NCBI GenBank assembly: GCA_008369845.1
Contig: MRSU01005687.1
Location: 1-64,000 of the forward strand
Source: Trichomonas gallinae
Taxonomy: Eukaryota
Reading direction: 5' to 3'
Length of the DNA stretch: 64,000 bases
Shown here: positions 11,301 to 22,156 of the stretch, in pieces
Numbering within the stretch: position 1 is the first letter of the stretch
Layout of the letters: each line of letters begins with the position of its first letter
The notes under the pieces: model-generated
The model's input: the letters and a program-made list of their open reading frames with translations, nothing else
What the model was told of the DNA's origin: nothing
Databases searched by the model: none
Position numbers and translations under genes: made by a program

Positions 11301-12091
11301 TTTTGTACGTTATTTGTGGCGCCAAATTTTATAATTCTGTCAAAAATTGTTTTTGTAAAGTGTCAAAATTTAAATCATGTAAAGTGTCAGATATCAAGAT
11401 TATATTGTTTTTGACACTTTACAATATTATAGAAGTGTAACTGATAATTTTTGCATTAACGCACTTAACTATTTTCTACCATTGGAATTCTTCCCAAATT
11501 AAGGATGTAGATACAATATAGTAATATGTATCATATACCTGGAAAATAACAAAAAGCTATAATAGATTCATGAAGTTCTAATGAATTTTTGACATATATC
11601 AAAAATTTGGTGCCTGCATAGTTGTTCCAAGCCGAAAACAGGGTATTTGTGACATTGTATGATAGTCCTTATACAGAGCATGATAATCTTTTTACATGAT
11701 ATTTTTGTTAGTAAATATAATTAGAACAAGAAGTGATGAAAATAATTTTACATGACGGATTGTCATATTAATGGGATAATTGTATGATTTACATGTCGAA
11801 TTATGCCACTTTTTGTCAAAAATCGCATTTAAAAGACGTTTTTGCCCCAAACATTGATAGCTAAAGGAGAAACTACTATCATGTTCATTAATCTTATGCA
11901 AAGTGCATAGAGTATTCCTTATTATTATAAATATGTAGATGACAAGTAAAATTTGATGAGCAGCGAAAAAAAGAGTAGACAACAGGGGCTGACTTACTAA
12001 TGAAGGGGGTCTATATTTGCCAAAATTAATTTTGACAAAATTGGTTTACATTGTCAAAATAAAATTGAATTTAAAAAGCGGTTTTAATGGC

Positions 12092-12209
12092 CATATCTGT
12101 ATGAGTCATGTCTAGCTGTCGTCGGCAAGAATGTTACAATGCAGAGACACATGCTCTCGGGTAGTGTGAATGTGGGAAACCATTGGATCGCTGTTCAGGA
12201 GCTACAATT
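12092..12209 (+). ncRNA. Candidate two-hairpin H/ACA-type snoRNA (possible snR191/U19-like LSU helix-69 guide)
   Basis: GC-richer island in an AT-rich intergenic region. Hairpin 1 has lower stem TCTGTAT(12096-102)/ATGCAGA(12139-145) and pocket strands GAGTCA(T) and GTTAC, complementary to GUAAC-U-A-UGACUC. An ACA lies 14 nt after the pocket. Hairpin 2 is closed by GCTCT/GGAGC and followed by ACA-ATT (12204-209). An upstream AAGCGGTT (12076-83) resembles the trichomonad M3 promoter element. No perfect ANANNA H box. Confidence 0.55.
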
Positions 12210-12693
12210 CTTAAAAAATCAGAGTTTTTTTTTAGACGAGCCATTTCTAACATACGAATTACTCTTTCAAGCATCCCTTCTGTTTATATTTGGAAATATT
12301 TCAATTTTTTTGCGCAAGAGAATATTTGAAATAAATTCTGCGATGTTATTCATTGGAATATTAGACTATGAATATTAGAATTCTTTTATATTTTTGAGTT
12401 AAAAGTGAGAAAAATAGACTATGAAAAATAAAAATATAAATCCTGGAAAAATATCCTTGTCTTGTTTAATCTTTCTAGAAAAGTCTCCACTCTCTCAATT
12501 GTAGCTGAAATGATGTAATTTGAGATTGTTATGTTCATTGTTAAGAAAGATTTTATTGAAGAATTTGAAATTAAAACATAATTAGCTATGCTTTTAGTGT
12601 AAATCGGTGTAATTGCTTTAGAAATATGTAATTTGCTATTCTCAAAAGAAATAAACAAAGATTTTATAACTGGACGTTAAACAAAAAAAAATC

Positions 12694-15000
12694 ATGGATA
12701 AGAAGCGGGATGTTATTGGGAAAATACAAATGGCATATGAAATTATAGAGAAAATCAAGCCACGGTCTCCTTCTCCTGTGAATTATAAAAATTACAGACC
12801 TTACCGAAAAAATAGAAGAAATATTTCTCCAAGGAGAAGCAATGTTCGTCTAAAAAGCTCAGCAACGCAAACACTTCCAAGAGGACAGATCATTAAAGCA
12901 CAAGAATTGCTTTATTTACATAAAATTTACTACAAAGGAAATGCAAAAATCAATTTTAGAGCGAGAACTATACCCGATCAAGAGCACAGAAGGAAGGAAA
13001 TAGTTCCAAATCAATACGAATTATTCGTTGAAGAGCAGAAAGCCGGTCTAATCCAAAGAAGATATACATTGCACCATTATCTTTCGTTTTGGTACCATAA
13101 AATGACTAAACGCAAAGGTGCCCGTGAGCAGCAGCAGATATTGGACATGGAGAAAAAGAGGCAACTCTTGGATTATTCGACTCCTGAAATGATGGTCGAT
13201 GAAAAGCGTGATACGATCAAACAAGATGAAAAATCACTTATTGTAAATGAAGAGCTTCCTCAAGAAGTGCATTTGGAGCTTTCAACACCTATTGCACAAA
13301 AAACAAGAAATTTAAAGACACCTTCTGAGATTATTTTCGATTCAAAGCTTCTCGATGGAACAAGATTCGACGAAAAAGAGGAAACCCCGCCAAAGAGTCC
13401 AAAAGCATTTCAAAAAGAGTCAAAAAGCACAAAATCACAAAAAAGCGTCAAAACTGAACCAGATGCAGAAGTTCTCAATCCTAGATCAAGTTCTACAGAG
13501 TACTACTCATCCAGTCTTTATTCTCCGAACGCTCAATTCAGTGATTCAGAAAATGATTTAATTGAAGAAGCAAACAATGTGATGTACAAACTTTCACAAC
13601 GTAAAAGCAGACGCTCAACAGCAGCAAAACCAGAAGAGCAGACTCATTACAGGCCAAGACCAGCGCCAATAGAAACCAATCCAGAAAAACTGTCTTCACC
13701 ATATACAAAACAAGCTTCTTCATTCGCAAAACAATCTTCTCCATATGTAAACCAAGCGCCACCATATACAAAACAATCTTCTCCATATGTAAACCAAACG
13801 TCATCATTTTCCAAGCAGTTATCTCCATTTACTAAAGAAGGCACGAGTCCTCAAACTCAGAAACAAGAACCATCTCCACTTCCTTCTCCTAAAAAGTCGC
13901 CGAAGCATGAAATTATTGTTCCACAGGAGAAGGAAAGTGAAAAGAAGGTTCCGCCGGGTGAAGACGATTATCTGAGCTACACGCGAGATTTACTTGACAA
14001 ATATGAGAAAGATGACAACGAAATTCCAAAGATAACAACAACGAAAAGAAAACCGATTATTGTCAACGAATTTGACAGCGACAATGACACAACGGAGATG
14101 TTCCTCGAAGACAGGAATAAATACACAAATAGCTACACATCGAGAATCGACTCAATACTGAATTATGGAATCTCAAAACCTTCTAAAAACAAAATCGAAA
14201 CATCAACAATTTTCGAATCATCAAACGACGAGAAAAAGGTTCAACAAACAGTTGTTGTCAATGACAGAAGACAGATAATGACAAACCTTGACAAAGGAAA
14301 CAGACTCTTAGCAGCAGCTGATGCACTTTTATCTGAAGAAGAAGAGAAATCAGAATTATTCGATCCCCTGCCAAATCAAGTGAAAGTTCCTGAAGCTGAA
14401 AAAATCAAATCAACTATCTCCACAATGGACAGATTACACCAAAAAGTTGAGAAGGTGTCTATTAACAATGAGTCGATAATAAATAAAGTCTTGAAAGACT
14501 CTTCTTCGTCGAGCAGAACACTAAAGGATTCATCGACAAACACAGAATCATCTGAAACTGCAACAACAACTACAACGACAACAAAAACACATTCTAAAAA
14601 AGTATTGGAGTCGAAGTCAACTGGAAATATCAGCATCAGCTCTGTTAATGGAAGGAAGCAAGTCATGTATAAAGGAAAGACAGAATTAGAAGAACAATTA
14701 GCGAGATTAGAAAAGCTGAGGATTAACGACACAATTGATACTTCATCGTCTTACTCAAATAGCTTGGACAGCGGCAAAAAGGCACCAACTTGTGTTGTTT
14801 CCGTTAAAGATGCTGTAGAAGTCGGAAGAAACATTCCAGATAGAGCCGTGAAGAAGGTTGTTTATACGGCAATTGTATCTGATGAATCTGAAGCTGACAT
14901 GGTCTTTTTGGAGCTCGACTCTTCAGGAAACAACAGTGTTGGAACTGTCCAAGATAAAATATCTGAGATAGAAACACCTGGAAAGCCAACTTTGTTTTAA
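12694..15000 (+). CDS. Hypothetical low-complexity (Ser/Lys/Glu/Pro-rich) protein
   Basis: 768-aa ATG ORF, mostly disordered composition, no recognisable catalytic motif. Confidence 0.75.
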   Translation: MDKKRDVIGKIQMAYEIIEKIKPRSPSPVNYKNYRPYRKNRRNISPRRSNVRLKSSATQTLPRGQIIKAQELLYLHKIYYKGNAKINFRARTIPDQEHRRKEIVPNQYELFVEEQKAGLIQRRYTLHHYLSFWYHKMTKRKGAREQQQILDMEKKRQLLDYSTPEMMVDEKRDTIKQDEKSLIVNEELPQEVHLELSTPIAQKTRNLKTPSEIIFDSKLLDGTRFDEKEETPPKSPKAFQKESKSTKSQKSVKTEPDAEVLNPRSSSTEYYSSSLYSPNAQFSDSENDLIEEANNVMYKLSQRKSRRSTAAKPEEQTHYRPRPAPIETNPEKLSSPYTKQASSFAKQSSPYVNQAPPYTKQSSPYVNQTSSFSKQLSPFTKEGTSPQTQKQEPSPLPSPKKSPKHEIIVPQEKESEKKVPPGEDDYLSYTRDLLDKYEKDDNEIPKITTTKRKPIIVNEFDSDNDTTEMFLEDRNKYTNSYTSRIDSILNYGISKPSKNKIETSTIFESSNDEKKVQQTVVVNDRRQIMTNLDKGNRLLAAADALLSEEEEKSELFDPLPNQVKVPEAEKIKSTISTMDRLHQKVEKVSINNESIINKVLKDSSSSSRTLKDSSTNTESSETATTTTTTTKTHSKKVLESKSTGNISISSVNGRKQVMYKGKTELEEQLARLEKLRINDTIDTSSSYSNSLDSGKKAPTCVVSVKDAVEVGRNIPDRAVKKVVYTAIVSDESEADMVFLELDSSGNNSVGTVQDKISEIETPGKPTLF
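13694..13835 (+). repeat. Coding 21-bp tandem repeat (S-S-P-Y/F-x-K/N-Q heptads)
   Basis: SSPYTKQ ASSFAKQ SSPYVNQ APPYTKQ SSPYVNQ TSSFSKQ LSPFTKE; AAACAATCTTCTCCATATGTAAACCAA occurs twice. Confidence 0.85.
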
Positions 15001-15370
15001 TTTAAAATTAATATGTTATTGTTTTATGTTTTAACTTGAAAATAACTCATTGTTTTATAAATTTTTTTTTTCACCATCAAATAGAAAATAAATGATAAGA
15101 TTCCAAATTTGATTGTTGGAAAAGTGATTGAAAAACTGATCTGACAAGATATTTGCTAAAGAAACATGGATGATAATTTTATGAAGCAATTACTAAGGCT
15201 TTCTTCTTGATCAAGAATAATATGCAATGAATAAATTAAAAATAATTACAGACGATTTTGGCCAATGAATTTTATTTGGAATGAGTTGATAATAGATATT
15301 GCAATATTATTATAAAACAAACACTAAAATTAATTTTCAACATGAAGCAAAAACTAAGACTGTATAAGTT

Positions 15371-17467
15371 TCAAATTTTTGATGAATTTGCAAATAACTC
15401 AACGAGATCTTGCTTTCTTCTGTTGTTTTTAGCGATATCAATAGATGAAACTCCTTTGCAAGACTTGATATTAGGATCAGCACCTTTGATCAGCATCTGT
15501 TTGATAAGATTCAACAAGAATTCTTTACCATTTCTATATTGTATTGTCAGAAGCATTAATGGAGTAACTCCTTTTGAGTTTCTCGCATTGATGTCTATGT
15601 CTTTGTATTCTGTAATAAGCTGCAGGGCAAATGCATAATTTTTAATTCCACAATGATAATGCAAAACGGTTTGGCACCTAAAATTGCGGATGTTTATATT
15701 AGGAATAATTTTCATCAAAATCTGATAAAAATCAATGCGTGTCTTAAACCTATGATGGAATGGTGATTTGCGTGGATTGAACTTAACAACATGTGGACTA
15801 AGATCTAAAATAAATTGAAGATGCTCTTGAGGATATGTTGTTAAAGAGAATTGATAACGAATTTCATGTTCATAAATGAAATGATATAACAAATCTAATC
15901 TATCGAACATAATTCTTTCATTAAACTGTTTGAACTTAGGAGATTGCAAGAAACATGACGCGAATTCAAAAGAATAGCCGATTAATTTTGCTAAAATAAA
16001 ATTATATTCTTTTTCCGTGATATTATTTGTGTTTTCGATTAATTCGTTGAAGACTTTGGTTCTTTCTGGTCTAGATTTCTTTAGGCTATATATGTCTTTT
16101 ATATTTTCCTTGTTTGTGTAGAAAACAGTGTAAAACTCTCCGTGATATAATTCTTTAAATCTTTCTTGAAATTTAAGTCCTGATTTTTGCAGATATAAAA
16201 CGATATTGAAGGATGTTGTTGCTAATGTAATAATATCATCAAAATACTTGGTTAATTTCGGGTGATTTATGTATTTTCCGAGTAATTCTGGATTATTGTC
16301 TGCTAGGAGGAGGAAAAATCCTGAAACGCAATGCTTGAATATTATGTTAAAATAAGGTAAATCAAAAAATGCGCTAATGAATTCTTCGTATGCACCAACA
16401 GCCATCCAAAGGATAATTGATTGACTCATATGATGTGTCTTATGATAATTCTTCAAGAGGTAGAGAGCAATTTCTTCATACCCACTTTTTAATGCTGAAC
16501 TAATCGCTTGGATTATATCAATCGATGAGACATAATTCATTCTTGGGAGAAGAGGGAAGAAATACTTGCAATTTGATCGCTGAAGTGGTGCATAGAATGA
16601 TGGTAGTATGTTATATTCAGAAATCATCCATTCAACTAATTGAAAATTATTACATCTTACAGCAATGTTCAATGGCTCCAATGGGTCTTGATTATGGTTC
16701 AAGCAGTATCGAACAATAAAAAGATCACCACCTTGGACTGCGCTGTTGAATGTTTCTTGGGTAATTTCGATATTGATTGAATTAACAAGATATTTGAAGA
16801 CATTGACTGATGCAAAGCGTGCAGATATGTTAATGAGTAATCCAGCGACGGTTTCAATGTCTTCACGTGATAATTCTAATTTTTGAAGTCCATCAAGGTC
16901 ATCCCATGCAGCATAGTACTCGTATGTATCCTTTGGATAGAGAAATTCTGTTTTTTCAAAGAGCGCAGCTGAACTGCTGAACTTTTTATGAGAATTTTTA
17001 TTTAATTCATTTAAATAGTTATTAAAATATGGCGATTCCCATTCCATGTTCTTGTCAATTGGTATATGATCGATAATTGATGAAAAAACTCGTTCTAAAG
17101 GTTTAATCAGTTTTGGTTTTGCTAAAGCGACAGTATCAAATAGTTGTAGAACGAAGACTTGATTTGATTTCTTCTTTTTGAGGAATTCTAGTAGTCTATT
17201 TGTAATTTTATCAACATTTTCCATAGAAATATTCCAAAATTCGTTTTCAATTTCGAGTTTCTCAATGATAGATTTATCCATGTCATCTGGTATTGTGTAT
17301 TCTGCCATTGAGAAGTCAGAAAGATCCGAATTGTATAAACTCGCGAAATCTTCTTCTTCATATTCGTCATAGTCTTCTTCTAACGAAAATGATTCATCTA
17401 CAACATATCTTTCCATATGAACTTCGAACTTATCATAATCTAAAATTTCACCATCACTACTTGACAT
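15371..17467 (-). CDS. Ankyrin-repeat protein (DUF3447-like region plus C-terminal ankyrin repeats)
   Basis: ATG at 17467 preceded by TTCATTTT (Inr-like). AAWDDLDGL, SARFASVNVFKYL and SAVQGGDLFIVRY are typical of trichomonad DUF3447/ankyrin proteins. C-terminal DINARNSKGVTPLM and GADPNIK. Confidence 0.85.
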   Translation of the reverse strand: MSSSDGEILDYDKFEVHMERYVVDESFSLEEDYDEYEEEDFASLYNSDLSDFSMAEYTIPDDMDKSIIEKLEIENEFWNISMENVDKITNRLLEFLKKKKSNQVFVLQLFDTVALAKPKLIKPLERVFSSIIDHIPIDKNMEWESPYFNNYLNELNKNSHKKFSSSAALFEKTEFLYPKDTYEYYAAWDDLDGLQKLELSREDIETVAGLLINISARFASVNVFKYLVNSINIEITQETFNSAVQGGDLFIVRYCLNHNQDPLEPLNIAVRCNNFQLVEWMISEYNILPSFYAPLQRSNCKYFFPLLPRMNYVSSIDIIQAISSALKSGYEEIALYLLKNYHKTHHMSQSIILWMAVGAYEEFISAFFDLPYFNIIFKHCVSGFFLLLADNNPELLGKYINHPKLTKYFDDIITLATTSFNIVLYLQKSGLKFQERFKELYHGEFYTVFYTNKENIKDIYSLKKSRPERTKVFNELIENTNNITEKEYNFILAKLIGYSFEFASCFLQSPKFKQFNERIMFDRLDLLYHFIYEHEIRYQFSLTTYPQEHLQFILDLSPHVVKFNPRKSPFHHRFKTRIDFYQILMKIIPNINIRNFRCQTVLHYHCGIKNYAFALQLITEYKDIDINARNSKGVTPLMLLTIQYRNGKEFLLNLIKQMLIKGADPNIKSCKGVSSIDIAKNNRRKQDLVELFANSSKI

Positions 17468-17845
17468 AAAATGAAGTTTACATGTCAAAAATTATTTATT
17501 AGTTTAACTTTGCAAACGATAAAAGCTTTAACATATTTAATGGATAGTGCAAATAGCAGTATATGGCTATATATAGATATAGTTACAAAGTTGTTCATCC
17601 AATGACATAAATAAATCAAAAAGCAAAAATCTCAATGATATTTGTAAAAACATTTGGCTACATATAGATCGAATTCCTTGCTTCATATGGATGCAAGTAA
17701 ATCAACCAATCACATATATGAAGTTGTAAAATTTTGGACAAATAAAGACTCTTATTTGGTAATGTATCTCAGGAATAAACAAATTGTTATCAATATGATG
17801 TATGCCATAGTATAGAGATGATGTTTATATGAAATGAAGAAAAAG

Positions 17846-17855
17846 AAAAAAAAAA
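17846..17855 (-). terminator. RNA polymerase III oligo(T) terminator
   Basis: Run of about ten T on the minus strand, 4 nt after the tRNA discriminator base. Confidence 0.75.
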
Positions 17856-17859
17856 TGAA

Positions 17860-17940
17860 CGACGACCATGGGATTGGAACCCACGCGGATAAATCCACGG
17901 GATTAGCAATCCCGCGCCTTAACCACTCGGCCAAGCCGTC
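17860..17940 (-). tRNA. tRNA-Ser (anticodon GCT), type II variable arm; T-loop has C instead of purine at position 57
   Basis: Reverse complement is GACGGCTTGGCCGAGTGGTTAAGGCGCGGGATTGCTAATCCCGTGGATTTATCCGCGTGGGTTCCAATCCCATGGTCGTCG. It shows an acceptor stem, A-box TGGCCGAGTGG, CGGGA-TTGCTAA-TCCCG anticodon arm, GGA-TTTA-TCC variable arm and a G discriminator. Confidence 0.93.
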
Positions 17941-18973
17941 TTTACAAGAAAATATGTAAATGGATCTATATGATAACAATTAAGCACTTTTTGCAAATGT
18001 TTTGGCGCCAAAATTAATTCTGTCTACAATTAATGGATTTCATTGACAAATATTAGGAAATACCACAATAGATAGCTATCACATGTGATTTTATCAACTT
18101 ATATCTAATGTTAGGACATTTTTTTCCCAGTGAATAACTCATTTCAATTTTATTAAATTATAATTATAGATATGCGTTTATACATATATGGTATAAATGA
18201 TAGATCACAGAAAACTTTGTGCATTGCGAAATTTTTTCTATACAACACTACGTTTACACATTTGATTTGCTATTAAATGAACTTGATATCATCAAAAATG
18301 TTTGAATAATCATTACAAAAAAATTTGAAAGAAAAATAATCATATCAATCTCAAACTGAAAATATGCATAATTTATTAAACTTTTATTTAATCATGTGTC
18401 TTGTTATTGAAAAATAATTCATTCAAAAGTTAATTTAATTATATTTTAATTTCCATTAACAAACGTGATGATTAAATGCTAATTAAACCATTTTCCCCCT
18501 AGTCTATTTAATTTTTTTGATCGATTATTTTCTATTCAAATTTCGGTTACTTTCAAACAAATTTTTAATAATTCATTAATCATATTTATTCTAACATTTT
18601 GGTTCCAACGATAAATTTCCATTCAAAAATGATATTCGGATTATTTAAAAATATTAAAATATGATAATAGCTTAACATTAATGAACATCTTTCTAACGAT
18701 TATTATCCATTTAAAATTTGAATTAGAATAAAAATATGTTGTATATATAATACATAGTTAAATTTTGAAACATTAGATATCTTGTGCGCCCGTAACTTTA
18801 CAAAATTAATTTTTATTCACCAAATCAATTTAAAACGGCCAAAAATTCCGTTTATATGTTAAATTTTTATATTTTCATTTAAAATCGATTTTTATTATTT
18901 TTTATTGCATAAAACGGTTTCCAAAAGTGAATTTTTTTCACTACAACATCTTAAGATTTTAGGAATCCAAATA

Positions 18974-21900
18974 ATGTCTGATACTGCTGACAATTTGGAC
19001 CACGATGTTGCTAATTATTCTAGTGAAAACAACAGCGACAATGAACCAAGATCGAATCATCATAAACATAAGAAGAATGTCATTAAAAAGCTGAATGAAA
19101 AGAACAACCAGATAAAACAGCTGGAAAAAGAGATTAGAAACATCAAACTTACGCTTTCGGAAAGATCTAACGAATTAAACAATGCTAGAAGAACAATCAC
19201 CGAAAAGGACACAGAAATCGAAAGCTTGAAGAATAACTCACCACAAAGCTCATCAGTTCATAATGAGGAAGAACTCAGCGAACTTAAATCTGAAATTGAG
19301 CAGCTGAAAAACGAAATAAAAACAAAAGACGAGACAATAAATACTCTACAGCAGAAGACAGAGGAACCTACTACAGAAGAAGCCACCAACGATAAAGATT
19401 CTGAAGAAGATGATCAAAAAGCAGGAAAAAGCGAACATCGTCGCCGCCACAAGGATATGATTGGCAAGCTTAATGAGAAGAATAATCAAATCAAGACATT
19501 GGAGAAAGAAATAAAGAATATTCGACTTTCTTTGTCAGAAAGATCGAATGAACTTAATAATGCGAGAAGAACAATAACGGAGAAAGATGCAGAAATCGAA
19601 TCTCTTAAAAATAACTCTTCTCAAAACGCTTCAACTGTCAGCGAAGAAGAATTAAAATCATTACAGGCGGAAAACGAACAGTTGAAGGAGACAATTAAAG
19701 CGAAAGACGAACAGATCGATTCATTACAGCAGGCTTCTGTTACTGAAAATAATTCTAACTCTTCTACAACGAATTCTGAATCAGTTCAAAGCGAAGAAAG
19801 CAGCAAACACCGCAGGCATAAAGATATAATGGGCAAGCTCAATGAGAAAAACAACCAAATCAAACAATTAGAGAAAGAAGTCAAGAATTTGAAATTATCG
19901 TTATCAGAAAGATCGAACGAACTTAACAATCTGAGGCGCACAATGGCGGAAAAGGAACAGATGAAAGGCAATACTGAGGAATTGAACTCTCTCAAGTCTT
20001 TAATCGAAAAACTTCAAGAAGATCTTAAAAATAAGGACGAAACAATAGCTCAGAACCAGAAGACGTCGGATGCAGAAATCTCTCGTCTCAAAGAAGAGCT
20101 CTCGAAGGCATCAAATGACACAGAAGAGAAAGAAGAAAATGATGACACAGAAGAATCACATAAAAGCTCAAGACATCGTCACCACAAGAACATGATTGAC
20201 AAGCTTAACGAGAAAAACAACCAAATCAAGACATTGGAGAAAGAAATAAAGAACGTTAGGCTAAGTTTATCAGAAAGATCGAATGAACTCAACAACATCA
20301 GAAGAACATTAGCGGAAAAGAATACAGAAATCGAAAATATAAAGAACGAGCAGCAGAAATCATCAGAAGAAGAACTTAACGCATTAAAATCAGAAAATGA
20401 AAAACTCAAAGAGATATTAAACGCGAAAGAAGAAGAAATCAAAGATCTCAGTTCCAAAGTCGATGAACTCTCAAATTCTAGTACTACAAATTCAAGTTCT
20501 CCTAATAGCGAATCAGATCCTGAAGGAGAAAGTCATAAGCACCGCAAGCACAAAGAGGTCATTGGCAAGCTGAATGAGAAGAATAACCAAATCAAGCAAT
20601 TAGAGAAGGAAGTTAAGAATTTGAAATTATCTTTGTCAGAAAGATCAAATGAACTTAACAACTTGAGGAGGACAATGTCAGAGAAACAAGAGTCATCGAA
20701 TAACAGTGAAGAAATCGAAAATCTTAAAGCAGAAAACAAAAAACTCAAAGAAGAGCTCAAAAACAAGGAAGAAGCAATTTCTCAACTACAGAAGACGTCA
20801 GATGAAGAAATCTCTCGTCTCAGGGAGGAATTAGCCAACAATACAACAGAAACAAACGATAAAGAAGAAAATGATGAAGAATCTCATAAGAGTTCAAAGC
20901 ATCGTCATCATAAAGACATGATTGCTAAGCTTAACGAGAAGAACAGCCAAATCAAGACATTGGAGAAAGAAATCAAGAATGTTAGACTAAGTTTATCAGA
21001 AAGATCGAACGAACTCAACAATCTTAGGAGAACAATGGCTGAAAAAGAGAATTCCAAGCCTGCATCAAATGAAAACGAGGAAGAACTCGCTAAATTGCGT
21101 GCAGAAATAGAAAATCTCAAGCAAACAGTCAATTCTAAGGAAGAAGAGATTAAAGGACTCAAAGCTCAGCTCAAAGATGCTTCAAGTGCCGCAAATACAG
21201 TGGAAACAAACACAAATGATGACAATGAAGAACCCGAAGAAGGGAAGAAACATAGAAGGAAGCATCACAAGGACCTCATTGGAAAACTCAACGAGAAGAA
21301 CTCGCAGATCAGCAAACTCGAGAAAGAGCTGAAATTCACTAAATTGTCAGTGACAGAAAGACTAAACGAAGTCAACAACCTCAAGAGGATGATTTCAGAG
21401 AAAGACGCAGAGATTGCCAGGCTCAAATCAGGCGATTCTTCAATTGAGGAGCCTCCTGTAGTAGCCCAGGCAGCTGCTGTCAAGTCTCGGGAAGTCAAAT
21501 TCGATCCAAGCGTCTTCGGATCAGATCCTTACAGGCAGAAGGACGAGAAGACTTTGATGATCGAGGCCTTGAAGAAGCAGCTCGACGAGAACAACAAATC
21601 GATGCATGATAAGGACGAGAAACTCAAGCGTATGGAGAACGAGATCAGTTCGATGAAAGACGACCACGAGAAGATGCTGAAGGACATGGATTCTAAAGCG
21701 CAGGAAATCGCCGACCTCAAAGCTCAGTTGGATGCCAAGGACAAGGAGATCAGTGAGATCAAGAGTGAAGTGGAGAAGGTCAAGTCACTTTCGATCAACA
21801 AGTTATCGGTCATGCAGTTGAAGAAGAAGGTTCAGAGTCTCAAGACGGATAAGGCAGCACTGGCCCAGGAAGTCAAGCTACAGACCACGCGTTTGTCGAT

Positions 21901-22156
21901 CATACAGGCGGACAAGAACGCAAGACTCGAGGAGGAGAACATGTTAGCGAAACTGAAGAGGAGGCTCATTGCAAAGGATCTGGAACTTGAGGAGAAGGAG
22001 AAGAAGCTTGACGCGATCAACACGGCAATGAAGAAGCTCAAGAAGGACTACGACATATTATTTCAGGAACTTAATGGCAAGAGGACGGCAAAGAAACTAG
22101 AGCTTAAGTCGACGATTAAACCTGTGCAGAAGAAGACCAGCAAGAAGATTGAATAA
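18974..22156 (+). CDS. Coiled-coil protein built from seven ~120-aa repeats
   Basis: First ATG at 18974. Seven copies of H/R-rich patch + K(D/N/E)xIxKLNEKNxQIxxLEKExKxxxLxxxERxNExNNxRR, each followed by a second coiled coil and an acidic/Ser linker. Confidence 0.9.
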   Translation: MSDTADNLDHDVANYSSENNSDNEPRSNHHKHKKNVIKKLNEKNNQIKQLEKEIRNIKLTLSERSNELNNARRTITEKDTEIESLKNNSPQSSSVHNEEELSELKSEIEQLKNEIKTKDETINTLQQKTEEPTTEEATNDKDSEEDDQKAGKSEHRRRHKDMIGKLNEKNNQIKTLEKEIKNIRLSLSERSNELNNARRTITEKDAEIESLKNNSSQNASTVSEEELKSLQAENEQLKETIKAKDEQIDSLQQASVTENNSNSSTTNSESVQSEESSKHRRHKDIMGKLNEKNNQIKQLEKEVKNLKLSLSERSNELNNLRRTMAEKEQMKGNTEELNSLKSLIEKLQEDLKNKDETIAQNQKTSDAEISRLKEELSKASNDTEEKEENDDTEESHKSSRHRHHKNMIDKLNEKNNQIKTLEKEIKNVRLSLSERSNELNNIRRTLAEKNTEIENIKNEQQKSSEEELNALKSENEKLKEILNAKEEEIKDLSSKVDELSNSSTTNSSSPNSESDPEGESHKHRKHKEVIGKLNEKNNQIKQLEKEVKNLKLSLSERSNELNNLRRTMSEKQESSNNSEEIENLKAENKKLKEELKNKEEAISQLQKTSDEEISRLREELANNTTETNDKEENDEESHKSSKHRHHKDMIAKLNEKNSQIKTLEKEIKNVRLSLSERSNELNNLRRTMAEKENSKPASNENEEELAKLRAEIENLKQTVNSKEEEIKGLKAQLKDASSAANTVETNTNDDNEEPEEGKKHRRKHHKDLIGKLNEKNSQISKLEKELKFTKLSVTERLNEVNNLKRMISEKDAEIARLKSGDSSIEEPPVVAQAAAVKSREVKFDPSVFGSDPYRQKDEKTLMIEALKKQLDENNKSMHDKDEKLKRMENEISSMKDDHEKMLKDMDSKAQEIADLKAQLDAKDKEISEIKSEVEKVKSLSINKLSVMQLKKKVQSLKTDKAALAQEVKLQTTRLSIIQADKNARLEEENMLAKLKRRLIAKDLELEEKEKKLDAINTAMKKLKKDYDILFQELNGKRTAKKLELKSTIKPVQKKTSKKIE

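Noticed and set aside
12139..12658. Two 79-aa ORFs
   Set aside because: AT-rich F/I/L-biased chance ORFs; the first overlaps the snoRNA candidate.
15371..15720. ATTCAT-type elements in the second ankyrin gene
   Set aside because: Its ankyrin hairpins (RNFRCQTVLH, RNSKGVTPLM) are uninterrupted, so the elements are not universal to ankyrin genes.
17752..17979. 75-aa ORF
   Set aside because: It overlaps the tRNA-Ser gene and its poly(T) terminator.
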